Shown one piece after another: positions 1 to 9,582 of a DNA stretch of 32,000 nt. The number at the start of each line of letters is the position of its first letter. Positions within the stretch are counted from its first letter, which is position 1. The stretch lies in sequence record JAQMWT010000697.1, one strand, 5' to 3'. The position numbers and the translations under genes were made by a program. The notes beneath the pieces were generated by a model. The model was not told where the DNA came from, did not search any database, and saw only the letters and a list, made by a program, of their open reading frames with translations.

Positions 1-809
1 GGACCAAACAATTCAATTGGAGTTGTTGCACAGCCATACCACATTGTTCCAGATGTTACAAAAGCTGCAAAAAATACCGCGGAAATACTACTTGATAATA
101 CAGTTTCGATATTTCCCATTCTCAACGCTCGATATAAACGTTGTGGAGGACGGACAGTTAAGTGAAAAATACCTGCTAGAATACCAAACGCTCCTGCTGC
201 AATATGGTGCGATGCAACACCACCAGGATTAAAAGGATTAAACCCTTCAGGCCCCCAGGCCGGTGCTACACCAGAAACTTTTCCTGTTATACCATAAGCA
301 TCTGACACCCATATTCCGGGTCCAAAAATTCCAGTTACGTGAAATGCCCCAAAACCAAAACAAAGTAAACCTGATAATAATAAATGGATACCAAAAACTT
401 TGGGTAAGTCAATTGCAGGTTCATTCGTTCGGGGATCACGGAATAGATCTAAATCCCAATATACCCAATGCCAAATAGCAGCTAAAAAACATAGTCCTGA
501 TAATATAATATGAGTTAATGCAACACCTTCATAACTCCATAAACCAGGAGCAGACACACTCTCACCAGTTATACTCCATCCTCCCCATGAATCTGTTACT
601 CCTAACCGGGTCATAAAAGGCATTACGTACATTCCCTGCCTCCACATAGGGTTTAAGACCGGATCTGAAGGGTCAAAAATTGCTAATTCGTATAATGCCA
701 TAGAGCCTGCCCATCCAGCTACAAGTGCCGTATGCATTAAATGAACTGCAATTAAACGACCAGGATCATTAAGAACAACAGTATGAACTCGATACCAAGG
801 TAAAGCCAT
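1..809 (-). CDS. psbB: Photosystem II CP47 apoprotein, N-terminal part (gene runs off the window at position 1)
   Basis: Absent from the ORF track because there is no stop inside the window. Hand translation of the minus strand from ATG (809-807) gives [83 protein letters not shown], the canonical CP47 N-terminus. Confidence 0.93.
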   Translation of the reverse strand, partial: MALPWYRVHTVVLNDPGRLIAVHLMHTALVAGWAGSMALYELAIFDPSDPVLNPMWRQGMYVMPFMTRLGVTDSWGGWSITGESVSAPGLWSYEGVALTHIILSGLCFLAAIWHWVYWDLDLFRDPRTNEPAIDLPKVFGIHLLLSGLLCFGFGAFHVTGIFGPGIWVSDAYGITGKVSGVAPAWGPEGFNPFNPGGVASHHIAAGAFGILAGIFHLTVRPPQRLYRALRMGNIETVLSSSISAVFFAAFVTSGTMWYGCATTPIELFG

Positions 810-932
810 TTCGAAGTTTCTATTTTATTTTATTTTAATTTTCTTACACTTAAATAATTAATAATAACATAATTATTGTTATATATACTATTATACTGTT
901 AAAAAACAACTAATAATAATTAATTCAAAAAA

Positions 933-1262
933 TTAATATAGTTGAATATTAACACCAGCCGGAATTGGAATATTCAAAAATAATTTATTATTAATTTCTG
1001 AACTTATTGGAGTATAAACTTCTATTAAACGTTTGTGAATAATAATTTCAAAATGTTCCCGAGATTTTTTATCGACGTGGGGAGAACGTAAAACACAATA
1101 TTTACGTTTTTTAGTCGGTAAAAAAATCGGACCTTTTACTATACCATTTACATTTATTATCCCTTCACTTAAATTATTACAAGCGATAGCTAAAAGTTTA
1201 TAATCAAAAGCTTTTAATTTTATTCGGGTTTTTATATATTTATCTAACGAATCCATCAACAA
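933..1262 (-). CDS. rps10: 30S ribosomal protein S10
   Basis: 109-aa ORF. The motifs IRIKLKAFDYKLL and LPTKKRKYCVLRSPHVDKKSREHFE are typical of S10. It lies directly downstream of tufA, as in cyanobacterial and red-plastid str operons. Confidence 0.93.
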   Translation of the reverse strand: MLMDSLDKYIKTRIKLKAFDYKLLAIACNNLSEGIINVNGIVKGPIFLPTKKRKYCVLRSPHVDKKSREHFEIIIHKRLIEVYTPISSEINNKLFLNIPIPAGVNIQLY

Positions 1263-1272
1263 TTTATTTTAA

Positions 1273-2502
1273 TTAAGTTAAAATTTTTGAAACAACTCCA
1301 GCGCCTATAGTTCGTCCTCCTTCACGAATAGCAAACCGCATTCCATCTTCAATGGCAATCGCAGAAATTAGTTCCGCTGTCATTTTTATACGGTCTCCAG
1401 GCATTACCATTTCTACTTGTGATCCATCATCTGCTGTAAATTGTTTTATACTGCCAGTAACGTCTGTTGTTCTAACGTAGAACTGAGGTCGGTAACCCGT
1501 AAAGAACGGAGTGTGTCGGCCGCCTTCTTCTTTTGTTAAAATATAAACTTCAGCTTCAAATTCAGTGTGTGGTGTGATTGTACCTTCTTTTGCTAATACC
1601 ATCCCACGCTCAATTTCAGACTTTTGAATACCACGCAATAATAATCCAACATTATCCCCAGCTAACCCTTCATCTAAAGTTTTTTGAAACATTTCAATGC
1701 CAGTTACTGTTGTTTGACGGGTTTCACCTAACCCGACAATTTCGACCGTTTCACCAACTTTAATAATTCCACGTTCAATCCTACCAGTGGCTACTGTTCC
1801 CCGACCAGTAATAGAAAAAGCATCTTCAACTGCCATTAGGAATGTTTTTTCTGTATCACGTTCTGGCGTTGGAATATATTCATCAACTGCATCCATTAAT
1901 GAGAAAATTTTATCGACCCATTTGTCACTTCCACGTTCGAGAGCTGCCCCTGAATTTATTGCTTCAATTGCTAGCAATGCCGAACCCGCTATACAAGGTA
2001 TGTCATCTCCAGGGAAGTCATAATTAAATAATAACTCTCGTACTTCTAATTCCACTAATTCTAGCAATTCCTCATCGTCAACTTGATCCTCTTTATTTAA
2101 AAATACGACAATATGTGGTACACCAACTTGTTTTGATAATAAAATATGTTCCCGTGTTTGAGGCATGGGACCATCTGCAGCAGAACATACTAATATAGCT
2201 CCATCCATCTGTGCAGCGCCAGTAATCATATTTTTTACATAATCAGCATGACCTGGACAATCAACATGTGCATAATGACGGTTCTCTGTTTCATATTCAA
2301 CGTGAGCGGTATTAATAGTAATACCCCGAGCACGTTCTTCAGGAGCTGCGTCGATATCTTCATAATTTTTTGCAGCCCCACCAGTAGATAATGCTAACGT
2401 CATGGTAATTGCCGCTGTTAATGTTGTTTTACCATGATCTACATGTCCAATTGTGCCGATATTAATATGTGGTTTACTACGTTCAAATTTCTCACGAGCC
2501 AT
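1273..2502 (-). CDS. tufA: Elongation factor Tu
   Basis: 409-aa ORF with the GTPase motifs [17 protein letters not shown] and NKED. It is full length and highly conserved. Confidence 0.98.
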   Translation of the reverse strand: MAREKFERSKPHINIGTIGHVDHGKTTLTAAITMTLALSTGGAAKNYEDIDAAPEERARGITINTAHVEYETENRHYAHVDCPGHADYVKNMITGAAQMDGAILVCSAADGPMPQTREHILLSKQVGVPHIVVFLNKEDQVDDEELLELVELEVRELLFNYDFPGDDIPCIAGSALLAIEAINSGAALERGSDKWVDKIFSLMDAVDEYIPTPERDTEKTFLMAVEDAFSITGRGTVATGRIERGIIKVGETVEIVGLGETRQTTVTGIEMFQKTLDEGLAGDNVGLLLRGIQKSEIERGMVLAKEGTITPHTEFEAEVYILTKEEGGRHTPFFTGYRPQFYVRTTDVTGSIKQFTADDGSQVEMVMPGDRIKMTAELISAIAIEDGMRFAIREGGRTIGAGVVSKILT

Positions 2503-2572
2503 TTGTTGTCTTTTCTTAATTTTTGAAATTATAATGAACTAAAAAACTTATAATTTAATTTATAAAATTTTA

Positions 2573-3046
2573 TTATAAATAACTAAAGTGAGCAAAGGCT
2601 TTATTTGCCTCCGCCATTTTGTGTGTCTCTTGTTTTTTCCGAATTGCCTGACCTGAATTGTTTGATGCATCAATTAACTCACTTGCTAATTTCACTGCTA
2701 TAGTTTTTCCGGGTCGAGTTTTAGCAGATTTTACAATCCATCGTAAAGCTAAATTTGTTCCTCTAAAATGGGAAACTTCCATTGGAACCTGGTATGTTGC
2801 TCCACCAAACCGTCGGGCTTTGACTTCGACACGTGGTGTAACATTTGTTATTGCTTTTTCAAATATTTCTATTGGATCTGATTCTGATCGACCAGCAATA
2901 ATGTCTAGTGCATCACAAACAATAGTTTGGGCCAAAGATTTTTTTCCATCTTTTAATAATCGCGTTATTAAAATACTAACTAAGTAATTTTTATAAATAG
3001 GATCGGGGGACGGAAATCTTTTTTTTATGATTTTACGACGTGACAT
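2573..3046 (-). CDS. rps7: 30S ribosomal protein S7
   Basis: 157-aa ORF with S7-like motifs ([27 protein letters not shown]). It sits in the str-operon position between rps12 and tufA. Confidence 0.95.
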   Translation of the reverse strand: MSRRKIIKKRFPSPDPIYKNYLVSILITRLLKDGKKSLAQTIVCDALDIIAGRSESDPIEIFEKAITNVTPRVEVKARRFGGATYQVPMEVSHFRGTNLALRWIVKSAKTRPGKTIAVKLASELIDASNNSGQAIRKKQETHKMAEANKAFAHFSYL

Positions 3047-3102
3047 TTTTTCTAAATTGTAAGAAATTTAAACTTGTTAATAATTAGTATAATCACATAA
3101 AT

Positions 3103-3477
3103 TTAATCAGAAGGACGTTTAACACCATATTTTGAACGTCCTTGACTTCGATTTTTAACAGGACCAGCATCTAATGTACCACGAATTATATGATAACGTA
3201 CACCAGGTAAATCTTTGACACGACCCCCGCGAATTAAAACTGAAGCATGTTCCTGTAATTCATGCCCTACTCCCGGAATATATGCAGTTACTTCAAATCC
3301 AGAGGTTAGTCTAACCCGTGCAACTTTACGTGTTGCTGAATTAGGTTTTTTAGGGGTTGTAGTGTATATTCTTGTACATACTCCGCGACGTTGAGGACAT
3401 CTTTTTAAAGCAGGCGATTTGGTTTTCTTTTTTATACTTTTTCGTCTAGTTCGAATTAACTGTTGAATAGTTGGCAT
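3103..3477 (-). CDS. rps12: 30S ribosomal protein S12
   Basis: 124-aa ORF beginning MPTIQQLIR and containing [16 protein letters not shown] and [15 protein letters not shown], which are canonical for S12. Confidence 0.98.
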   Translation of the reverse strand: MPTIQQLIRTRRKSIKKKTKSPALKRCPQRRGVCTRIYTTTPKKPNSATRKVARVRLTSGFEVTAYIPGVGHELQEHASVLIRGGRVKDLPGVRYHIIRGTLDAGPVKNRSQGRSKYGVKRPSD

Positions 3478-3485
3478 TCTAAAAA

Positions 3486-3695
3486 TTATTCATTTAAATT
3501 GTATTTTTTCATAAAACGATCTACCCGTCCTTCTGTATCTAATAGTTTCTTTGATCCAGTATAATAAGGATGATTTCCTGACCAAATATCAACATTTAAC
3601 TCTGATTTTGTTGAGTTAACTGAATAAACTAATTTTCCATTACAATAAACAGAACAATTTTTAAACCATTCAGGATGGATATTATTTTTTGGCAT
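3486..3695 (-). CDS. rpl31: 50S ribosomal protein L31
   Basis: 69-aa ORF containing [18 protein letters not shown] and [13 protein letters not shown], which are L31 signatures. Confidence 0.9.
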   Translation of the reverse strand: MPKNNIHPEWFKNCSVYCNGKLVYSVNSTKSELNVDIWSGNHPYYTGSKKLLDTEGRVDRFMKKYNLNE

Positions 3696-3734
3696 AAATG
3701 ACTAAAATTTAATATTTATTAATGAAGATTGTAT

Positions 3735-4190
3735 TTAACGTTTTGAGTATTGTGAGGCTTTTCGTGCCTTTTTTAGACCATACTTTTTTCGTTCAACACT
3801 TCTTGAATCTCGCCGTAATAAACCGGCAAATTTTAGGATCGATCGATCTTTAGCATTTATTTTGCACAGACCACGTGCCAAACCAAGTGAAATTGCACCA
3901 GTTTTACCACTTAATCCTCCACCTTTGGTTTTTACTGTAATAAAATATTTATTCTCTAAATTTAATAAACGCAAACTAAAATTTAATAAATTTAAATATG
4001 TGGAATTAAACTGTAAAAACACTTCACTAAATTGATCGTTAATAATCAATTTTGGAGGCTCAAGGACACTTGAATTAAGCTTATAGATCTTAACAATAGC
4101 AACCGCAGTTTTTCGACGGCCAATACCTATTGCTAAAAGATCCGAATATAGCATTGAATTTTTTCTGTTTCGTTCCAAATCTAATTCCAT
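3735..4190 (-). CDS. rps9: 30S ribosomal protein S9
   Basis: ORF with GRRKTAVA, GGGLSGKTGAISLGLARGL and a C-terminal ERKKYGLKKARKASQYSKR. The start is uncertain. ATG at 4190 gives the longest ORF, while the in-frame ATG at 4154 (MLYSD...) gives a more typical length. Confidence 0.9.
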   Translation of the reverse strand: MELDLERNRKNSMLYSDLLAIGIGRRKTAVAIVKIYKLNSSVLEPPKLIINDQFSEVFLQFNSTYLNLLNFSLRLLNLENKYFITVKTKGGGLSGKTGAISLGLARGLCKINAKDRSILKFAGLLRRDSRSVERKKYGLKKARKASQYSKR

Positions 4191-4367
4191 AACAATTTCT
4201 TATACTATTATATACTATTTTTTTGAAAGAATGGTTGATTTCATTTTTTGAAAGTTTTATAACCATAACAATTTCTCTTTTTTACTTAAATCTTAGGTTT
4301 ATTTGTTTAAATAAGTTAACACCTGAAACAAATATTATTAATGAAAATATATACATCTGTATTTCTA

Positions 4368-4793
4368 TTAATTGAGATTCAAAATTAAAGGATTACTAGT
4401 TTCATACGGATGTGTTTCACCTTCAAATACTTTCAAGTTTCTTAAAAGCTGTCGGCCTAATTTTCCCTTGGGTAACATTCCCTTTACCGATTTTTCTAAA
4501 ATTCTTTCTGGAATACGCGACTTTAAGTTTTCAAATGTTTCTATTTTTAATCCCCCAGGTCTACCCGAGTGTCGTCGATACAGTTTCTGGTTTGGTTTTT
4601 TACCAGTAACTTGAATATCTGCCACATTTAAAACAATTATATAATCACCACTGTTTATATATGGAGTATAAATTGACTTATGTTTACCCATCAAAATCTG
4701 AGCTATTAGCGTTGAAATGCGCCCCAATGTTTTTCCTTTTGCATTAATTAAGTACCATTTTTTTTCGCTATTTATAAAAATATTGTCTTGCAT
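4368..4793 (-). CDS. rpl13: 50S ribosomal protein L13
   Basis: 141-aa ORF containing KWYLINAKGKTLGRISTLIAQILMGKHK and YRRHSGRPGG, an L13 pattern. Confidence 0.93.
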   Translation of the reverse strand: MQDNIFINSEKKWYLINAKGKTLGRISTLIAQILMGKHKSIYTPYINSGDYIIVLNVADIQVTGKKPNQKLYRRHSGRPGGLKIETFENLKSRIPERILEKSVKGMLPKGKLGRQLLRNLKVFEGETHPYETSNPLILNLN

Positions 4794-4924
4794 AATAATT
4801 TCATTTACGAAAATGTTTTATAAAACTTTAGTTAAACAACTAATTTACGATAATTTTTAAAATATGTTTTTATGTTCTCCAACCTTATTTTAGTCGGAAT
4901 TTTATATACACATTCGGTTATAAA

Positions 4925-4960
4925 GGTATTAAATTATTTCCTATATATAAATTTAATACC
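4925..4960. other. Perfect 11-bp-stem hairpin (GGTATTAAATT / AATTTAATACC, 14-nt loop) inside the rpl13-rpoA spacer
   Basis: Inverted repeat read directly from the sequence. Arms are at 4925-4935 and 4950-4960. Confidence 0.6.
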
Positions 4961-5350
4961 CTAACCCTAGATAAATTCAAACGATAATCAATGATTACGG
5001 ATTTTTTCAATTTTTTCAAAATTCTATAATATAATTAGGAAACTTTTTCATACCAATTATTTCCCTTTTCATCTCGTTAAGATAATTTATGTTCTTACAA
5101 ACGAAATAAATTATAAACCCATTCACTAAAGTGGTTAGTAAAACCACGGTTACCTAGACTTTTCTTTTAGCCTTTGCGCAATAAATTTAAGATTTAATCA
5201 CAGATCCAAATTCATTTAATGTATTCCCTAGACAATATAACAAGGAGTGCCGATAATTAGATTTATCTTATAATGTATGTGATCAACATTGATTTTTTTG
5301 TGTTCACTGTAATAGAAAAAAACTTCAGTTTATTATATCCCATGCAACAA

Positions 5351-6265
5351 TTATTCAAGAAATATATCAAATTTATTTTTTAGCTTTATATTTATTTCAT
5401 TAGCGCATTTCTCCCCAAAATTTTTTATTGATTTCAGCTCTTTTAATGAATATTGTCGTAAATCTTCAATGGTACGAATATTAACACGCTTTAGACAGTT
5501 ATATGCTCTAACTGAAAGTTGAAGCTCTTCAATTAAATTTTCATTTAATAACTCTTTCGATGCAGGCAAAACAAATTTTGGTTCGCACACGCTAATAGAC
5601 TCAAATAAACGTTTTAACTTCTGAGAAGCCGAAGATAAAGCATCATCTGGTGTTATACTCCCATCAGTTGCTATTAATAATTCTAAATCCTCTACCAACC
5701 TTTCATCAAAACGATATAAATCTTTTATTGTATAACTAACCTGTAAAATTGGGGTAAAAATAGAATCTATCATAAAGAAATCAGGTTTTTGGACACACTT
5801 TTGGTCACTTGACAATATATACCCATTACCCGATTCTATTATCAGTTCTAATTTTAAATTGGTTGAATCCGAAATAGAAGCGATATAATGATTGATATTT
5901 ATTACAAACAGTCCTTCAGGTAAATGCATATCATTTCCAGTTATAATAGCAGGGCCAGCGACTTCAACTGTAATTTTTAAGGGTTCCTGTAAAAAGCCCT
6001 TAATTCTAATTTTCTTTAAATTTAAAATAATTTCTAGAATATCTTCACGAACACCAGGTAATGGACCAAATTCATTATTCGGTCCTACGACCCTCACAGC
6101 AGAAATAGCGGTACCTTCCAGTTCGGTTAATAAAACACGTCGCAATGTATTAGCAATAGTGATAGCTTGTCCATTTTCTAAAGCTTTAAGAAAATATCGA
6201 CTGGTCAATTGACCATTGTCAGATTGGAAAGATTCAACCTTTTCAAACTTCATTTTTTTTTTCAT
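5351..6265 (-). CDS. rpoA: RNA polymerase alpha subunit
   Basis: 304-aa ORF containing NTLRRVLL, a C-terminal-domain motif (LELSVRAYNCLKR-like: LQLSVRAYNCLKRVNI) and IKNFG.K. It is in the alpha-operon position after rps11. Confidence 0.95.
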   Translation of the reverse strand: MKKKMKFEKVESFQSDNGQLTSRYFLKALENGQAITIANTLRRVLLTELEGTAISAVRVVGPNNEFGPLPGVREDILEIILNLKKIRIKGFLQEPLKITVEVAGPAIITGNDMHLPEGLFVININHYIASISDSTNLKLELIIESGNGYILSSDQKCVQKPDFFMIDSIFTPILQVSYTIKDLYRFDERLVEDLELLIATDGSITPDDALSSASQKLKRLFESISVCEPKFVLPASKELLNENLIEELQLSVRAYNCLKRVNIRTIEDLRQYSLKELKSIKNFGEKCANEINIKLKNKFDIFLE

Positions 6266-6658
6266 TTAAACACGACGACGTTTGGGTGGCCGACACCCAT
6301 TATATGGAACTGACGTTATATCCTTAATAGATATAATATCAAGACCCATTACTTCTAGAGCACGAACAGAGGTCTCACGACCTGAACCTTGACCTTTTAT
6401 TAATACTTCTACCTGTTTTAAGCCTTGTGTAATTGCATTTGCGGAAGCTTTTTCAGCTGCAGTTTGAGCAGCAAAAGGGGTGCCTTTTCTTGCTCCCTTA
6501 AAACCTACACTTCCTGCAGATGACCACGAAATGGTATTGCCAATATTATCGGTAATCGTAATAATTGTATTATTAAATGTAGAATTGATATGAACAATTC
6601 CATACAGAATATTTTTTTTTTGTTTTTTTGTCGATGATTGTTTAGATTTTACTGCCAT
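6266..6658 (-). CDS. rps11: 30S ribosomal protein S11
   Basis: 130-aa ORF containing [28 protein letters not shown] and a C-terminal [11 protein letters not shown]. Confidence 0.96.
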   Translation of the reverse strand: MAVKSKQSSTKKQKKNILYGIVHINSTFNNTIITITDNIGNTISWSSAGSVGFKGARKGTPFAAQTAAEKASANAITQGLKQVEVLIKGQGSGRETSVRALEVMGLDIISIKDITSVPYNGCRPPKRRRV

Positions 6659-6680
6659 AAAAATTACTTGCTTTATAAAA

Positions 6681-7031
6681 TTATAAAACCCTCGTTTTTC
6701 GACGAGTCCGAGAATTAGTGCGGGTACGTTGGCCTCTTACTGGTAAATTTTGTCGGTGGCGTTTTCCTCTTAGACAATTGATTTGGGACAATCGAACACA
6801 ATTTTGTTTTACCTTCCGTCTTAAATCGTCTTCAACCTTATAATTTTTTTCTACAATTTCTCTTATCTTGCTCAATTCCGTTTCGTCTAATGCAGCCATA
6901 CGTTTATTTGGATTAATTTCTGCTAAATGTAATATTGAACGAGAAGAAGTTAAACCAATACCATATATAGTCATTAAGGCACATTCGACTCTTTTTGATG
7001 CTGGTAAATCAACACCTGCAATTCTAACCAT
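6681..7031 (-). CDS. rps13: 30S ribosomal protein S13
   Basis: 116-aa ORF beginning [10 protein letters not shown] and containing IYGIG and [20 protein letters not shown]. Confidence 0.95.
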   Translation of the reverse strand: MVRIAGVDLPASKRVECALMTIYGIGLTSSRSILHLAEINPNKRMAALDETELSKIREIVEKNYKVEDDLRRKVKQNCVRLSQINCLRGKRHRQNLPVRGQRTRTNSRTRRKTRVL

Positions 7032-7061
7032 TTTCTTTAATTTTATTTAATATATTAATAA

Positions 7062-7175
7062 TTAACCTTGACGTTGTTTGTGCTTTGGATTTGAACAGAT
7101 AACTCGAATAACGCCTGAACGACGAATTACACGACATTTAGGGCACATTTTTTTAACAGATGGGCGGACTTTCAT
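7062..7175 (-). CDS. rpl36: 50S ribosomal protein L36
   Basis: Too short for the ORF track. Hand translation from ATG (7175-7173) to TAA (7064-7062) gives [37 protein letters not shown] (37 aa), the L36 zinc-ribbon pattern. It is in the expected slot between secY and rps13. Confidence 0.92.
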   Translation of the reverse strand: MKVRPSVKKMCPKCRVIRRSGVIRVICSNPKHKQRQG

Positions 7176-7200
7176 AATTTAATATTTCGAATAGTTTATT

Positions 7201-8442
7201 TTATAATAATATTTTATCATAAGACTCTGAAATTAAATAAGTTCTAATTTGACGACTTAAATCAATTGTTACACCCACTAAAATAATTAACGATGTTGCG
7301 CTGAATCCTTTAAGTGAACTAAAATCAGGAATGAAATAAATAAATAAGCCGGGAAGTGAAACAAATAGTGCTAAGAACAAACCTCCTAATAATGCTAGGC
7401 GATTTATAGTTGCTTGTAAAAATTTCATAGTAAATAAGCCAGGTGCTATAGTTGGAATAGCAAATGCCATCTTTTTTAAGTCTTTTGCTAAGTCAATAGG
7501 ATTGACAATTATTGTTGAATAAAAATAGCTAAATACCAAAGTCATTAAAAAATAAAATGAAGTGTAGAATAAATTATAAAACTGATAGATATTATTAGTA
7601 AATCCTAATTTATTAAACCCTATTAATACGATATTTAAGAAACTAGATGCAAATATTAATGGCATAATTCCACTAGGATTCAAGCGAAAAGGGAGATAAC
7701 TATTCTGATTCAAATTTGTGGAATTTCGCAATAATTGTTTAATCGATATAAGCTCTATTTTCCGTGTTGCATTTTGCATCACAATTATCAAAAAAGTTAC
7801 ACCTACAAAAATTATAATAAAAATTAATTTCCAAACCAAAGGTAAAGCTGTTTTAAAATCCTCTAAAAGACTAGGTAATGAAGAACTAATATTAACAAAA
7901 ATTAATATTGAAGTTCCGTTACCAATACCATATTTATTAATAATCTCACTAAAAAACAAAATTATTAAGGAGCCTATTGCTAATACTACTGCAATTTCTG
8001 CAGCCCGGATAATGTTCCAACCAAATATAAAAGGCTTTAAATAAAAACCTACAATAAAGCCATATTGAAGAGCAATTATACCCGTTAAATATCTAGTTAT
8101 ATTAGTAATCTTTTCTCGACCAGCCTCACCTTCTTCTTTTTGTAAACGCTTCAAAGAAGGTAAAATAACTGTAAGAAGCTGAATAAGGATTGAAGCATTA
8201 ATATTAGGAAGAATTCCTAAGCTAAAAAAGCTTAATACAAAAAAATCTCCTTGTGCAAAGGAACTAAGAAAATTCAAAATTTGTATATTCTGTAATTCGG
8301 AATATAAATATGCTTGATCAATTTCTGGAATTGGAATAAAACTACCAAATCGTGTTAATGCAATTATTAAAAGAGTTAAAATTATTTTATCAACTAATTT
8401 TCTTTTATTAATGATTGGTTTAGGCTTAAAATTTATATTCAT
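7201..8442 (-). CDS. secY: Preprotein translocase subunit SecY
   Basis: 413-aa polytopic hydrophobic ORF in the conserved rps5-secY-rpl36 position. It has a SecY-like N-terminal region (LTLLIIALTRFGSFIPIPEID) and GIMPLIFASS. Confidence 0.9.
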   Translation of the reverse strand: MNINFKPKPIINKRKLVDKIILTLLIIALTRFGSFIPIPEIDQAYLYSELQNIQILNFLSSFAQGDFFVLSFFSLGILPNINASILIQLLTVILPSLKRLQKEEGEAGREKITNITRYLTGIIALQYGFIVGFYLKPFIFGWNIIRAAEIAVVLAIGSLIILFFSEIINKYGIGNGTSILIFVNISSSLPSLLEDFKTALPLVWKLIFIIIFVGVTFLIIVMQNATRKIELISIKQLLRNSTNLNQNSYLPFRLNPSGIMPLIFASSFLNIVLIGFNKLGFTNNIYQFYNLFYTSFYFLMTLVFSYFYSTIIVNPIDLAKDLKKMAFAIPTIAPGLFTMKFLQATINRLALLGGLFLALFVSLPGLFIYFIPDFSSLKGFSATSLIILVGVTIDLSRQIRTYLISESYDKILL

Positions 8443-8502
8443 CCTCTATATAAATTGGTTTATAGTAATATCCGAAAATGTCTAATTACATTTTTTATTT
8501 GT

Positions 8503-8991
8503 TTACTCCAGGGGTTTTAAACTTTTTAATGCATAAATTGTTGCCCGAGCGTTATTTAAGAGATTGCTTGATCCTAATTGCTTAGCTAGAATATTTTGAA
8601 TACCTGCTGCCTCTAATAATATCCGAACTGAACCTCCGGCAATTACACCAGAACCCGCACGGACTGGTTTTATAATAACATTCGAAGCACCATAACGTCC
8701 AAATGTACTATGTGGAATACTTAAAGATTTCGTTATAGGCACATCTATTAAATTTCGTTGACCATTATTTACAGCCTTTTTAACTGCTTCGACAACATCA
8801 TCTGCTTTTCCAATGCCAACTCCAACACGACCATTTTCATTGCCAACAATGACGATTGCACCAAAGCGCAATTTCTTTCCTCCTTTAACAACTTTTGTAA
8901 TACGCCTAACCTTAACAATTTTACGAACCCATTTTATTGCAGGACGATTATTATTTTGATTATAACGTTTTGCCCGTTTTAATTGTTGCAT
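8503..8991 (-). CDS. rps5: 30S ribosomal protein S5
   Basis: 162-aa ORF containing RRITKVVKGGKKLRF, GVGIGKA and AG.GVIAGG.VR. Confidence 0.94.
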   Translation of the reverse strand: MQQLKRAKRYNQNNNRPAIKWVRKIVKVRRITKVVKGGKKLRFGAIVIVGNENGRVGVGIGKADDVVEAVKKAVNNGQRNLIDVPITKSLSIPHSTFGRYGASNVIIKPVRAGSGVIAGGSVRILLEAAGIQNILAKQLGSSNLLNNARATIYALKSLKPLE

Positions 8992-9018
8992 AATAAATAT
9001 GTATGATATGATTTTATA

Positions 9019-9558
9019 TTACTTTCTTCCAGATTTTCCAGCTTTTTGTAAAACTATCTCATTCTTATACAATACGCCTTTGCCATTGTAAGGCTCTGGC
9101 TTTCGGAAGGAACGAATTTTAGACGCAAAAAACCCTACTTTTTCTTTGTCAATACCACTAATTTTAATATTTGTATTAGCATCCACAGCTACTTCAATAT
9201 CACTTGGAACTGGCAATTCTATTGGGTGGCTAAACCCTAAATTTAAAATAATTTTGTCGTTAACCGATTGACAACGGTAACCAACCCCTTTTAATTGGAG
9301 TTCAATTGCAAATTTAGTGCTTACCCCTATTACCATATTATTTAATAAAGTACGAAACAATCCATGTAATGCACGTGTTTTTTTAGAAGTGTTATTGGTA
9401 CCCACTACAATTTTATTATCATCAATCTTAACCAAAATATCTGGAGGAATCGACCGTGCCAAATTTCCAAATGGCCCTGCAATAAATACTGTATCTTTCT
9501 CAATTTTAATCGTAACACCCTTCGGTAGTATAATAGGAAGTTTTCCAATTCGTGACAT
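9019..9558 (-). CDS. rpl6: 50S ribosomal protein L6
   Basis: 179-aa ORF beginning MSRIGKLPI and containing LKGVGYR, GFSHPIE and PEPYNGKG. Confidence 0.94.
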   Translation of the reverse strand: MSRIGKLPIILPKGVTIKIEKDTVFIAGPFGNLARSIPPDILVKIDDNKIVVGTNNTSKKTRALHGLFRTLLNNMVIGVSTKFAIELQLKGVGYRCQSVNDKIILNLGFSHPIELPVPSDIEVAVDANTNIKISGIDKEKVGFFASKIRSFRKPEPYNGKGVLYKNEIVLQKAGKSGRK

Positions 9559-9582
9559 AGTCCTACAAGTATTTTTATTTTT

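Noticed and set aside
17-478. Plus-strand ORFs 17..232 and 263..478 from the ORF track
   Set aside because: They lie antisense to a clearly recognisable psbB (CP47) reading frame on the minus strand. They have no recognisable motifs and are chance ORFs.
890-895. TATAAT hexamers as promoters, for example minus-strand TATAAT at 890-895 upstream of psbB and plus-strand TATAAT at 21111-21116 upstream of psaD
   Set aside because: TATAAT-like hexamers are frequent in this AT-rich DNA and these have no plausible -35 or extended -10 context. Support is too weak to annotate them.
1578-2027. Plus-strand ORFs antisense to tufA (1578..1763, 1787..2023, 1842..2027). Similar antisense ORFs occur in rps7, rpl13, rpoA, rps13, secY, rps5, rpl6, rps3, rpl22, rpl2/rpl23, psbD, psbC, dnaK, groEL, psaC, rps2 and rpoC2.
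   Set aside because: Each is fully nested in, or overlaps, a strongly conserved gene on the opposite strand. Their composition is low-complexity and they have no recognisable domain. They are the expected shadow ORFs of coding sequence.
4872-4964. 30-codon plus-strand ORF MFSNLILVGILYTHSVIKVLNYFLYINLIP in the rpl13-rpoA spacer, which could look like a small membrane peptide
   Set aside because: It does not resemble any small photosystem or cytochrome subunit I can recall. It has no upstream SD-like sequence, runs opposite to the surrounding operon, and spans the 4925-4960 hairpin. In AT-rich DNA it is most likely a chance ORF. A conservation check would be needed to revive it.
4959-4970. Telomere-like CCCTAACCCTAG (two TTAGGG-type units on the minus strand)
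   Set aside because: There are only two units, with no extended array. This is easily explained by chance, and no function is expected in a plastid genome.
5125-5150. tRNA-like fragment. The minus strand shows GTGGT-TTTACTA-ACCAC, resembling an anticodon arm (UAC), and the plus strand shows a D-loop-like AGTGGTTAG.
   Set aside because: Flanking sequence cannot form acceptor, D or T arms, there is no GTTCRANYC motif, and position 37 would be a pyrimidine. At most it is a decayed remnant and not an annotatable tRNA.
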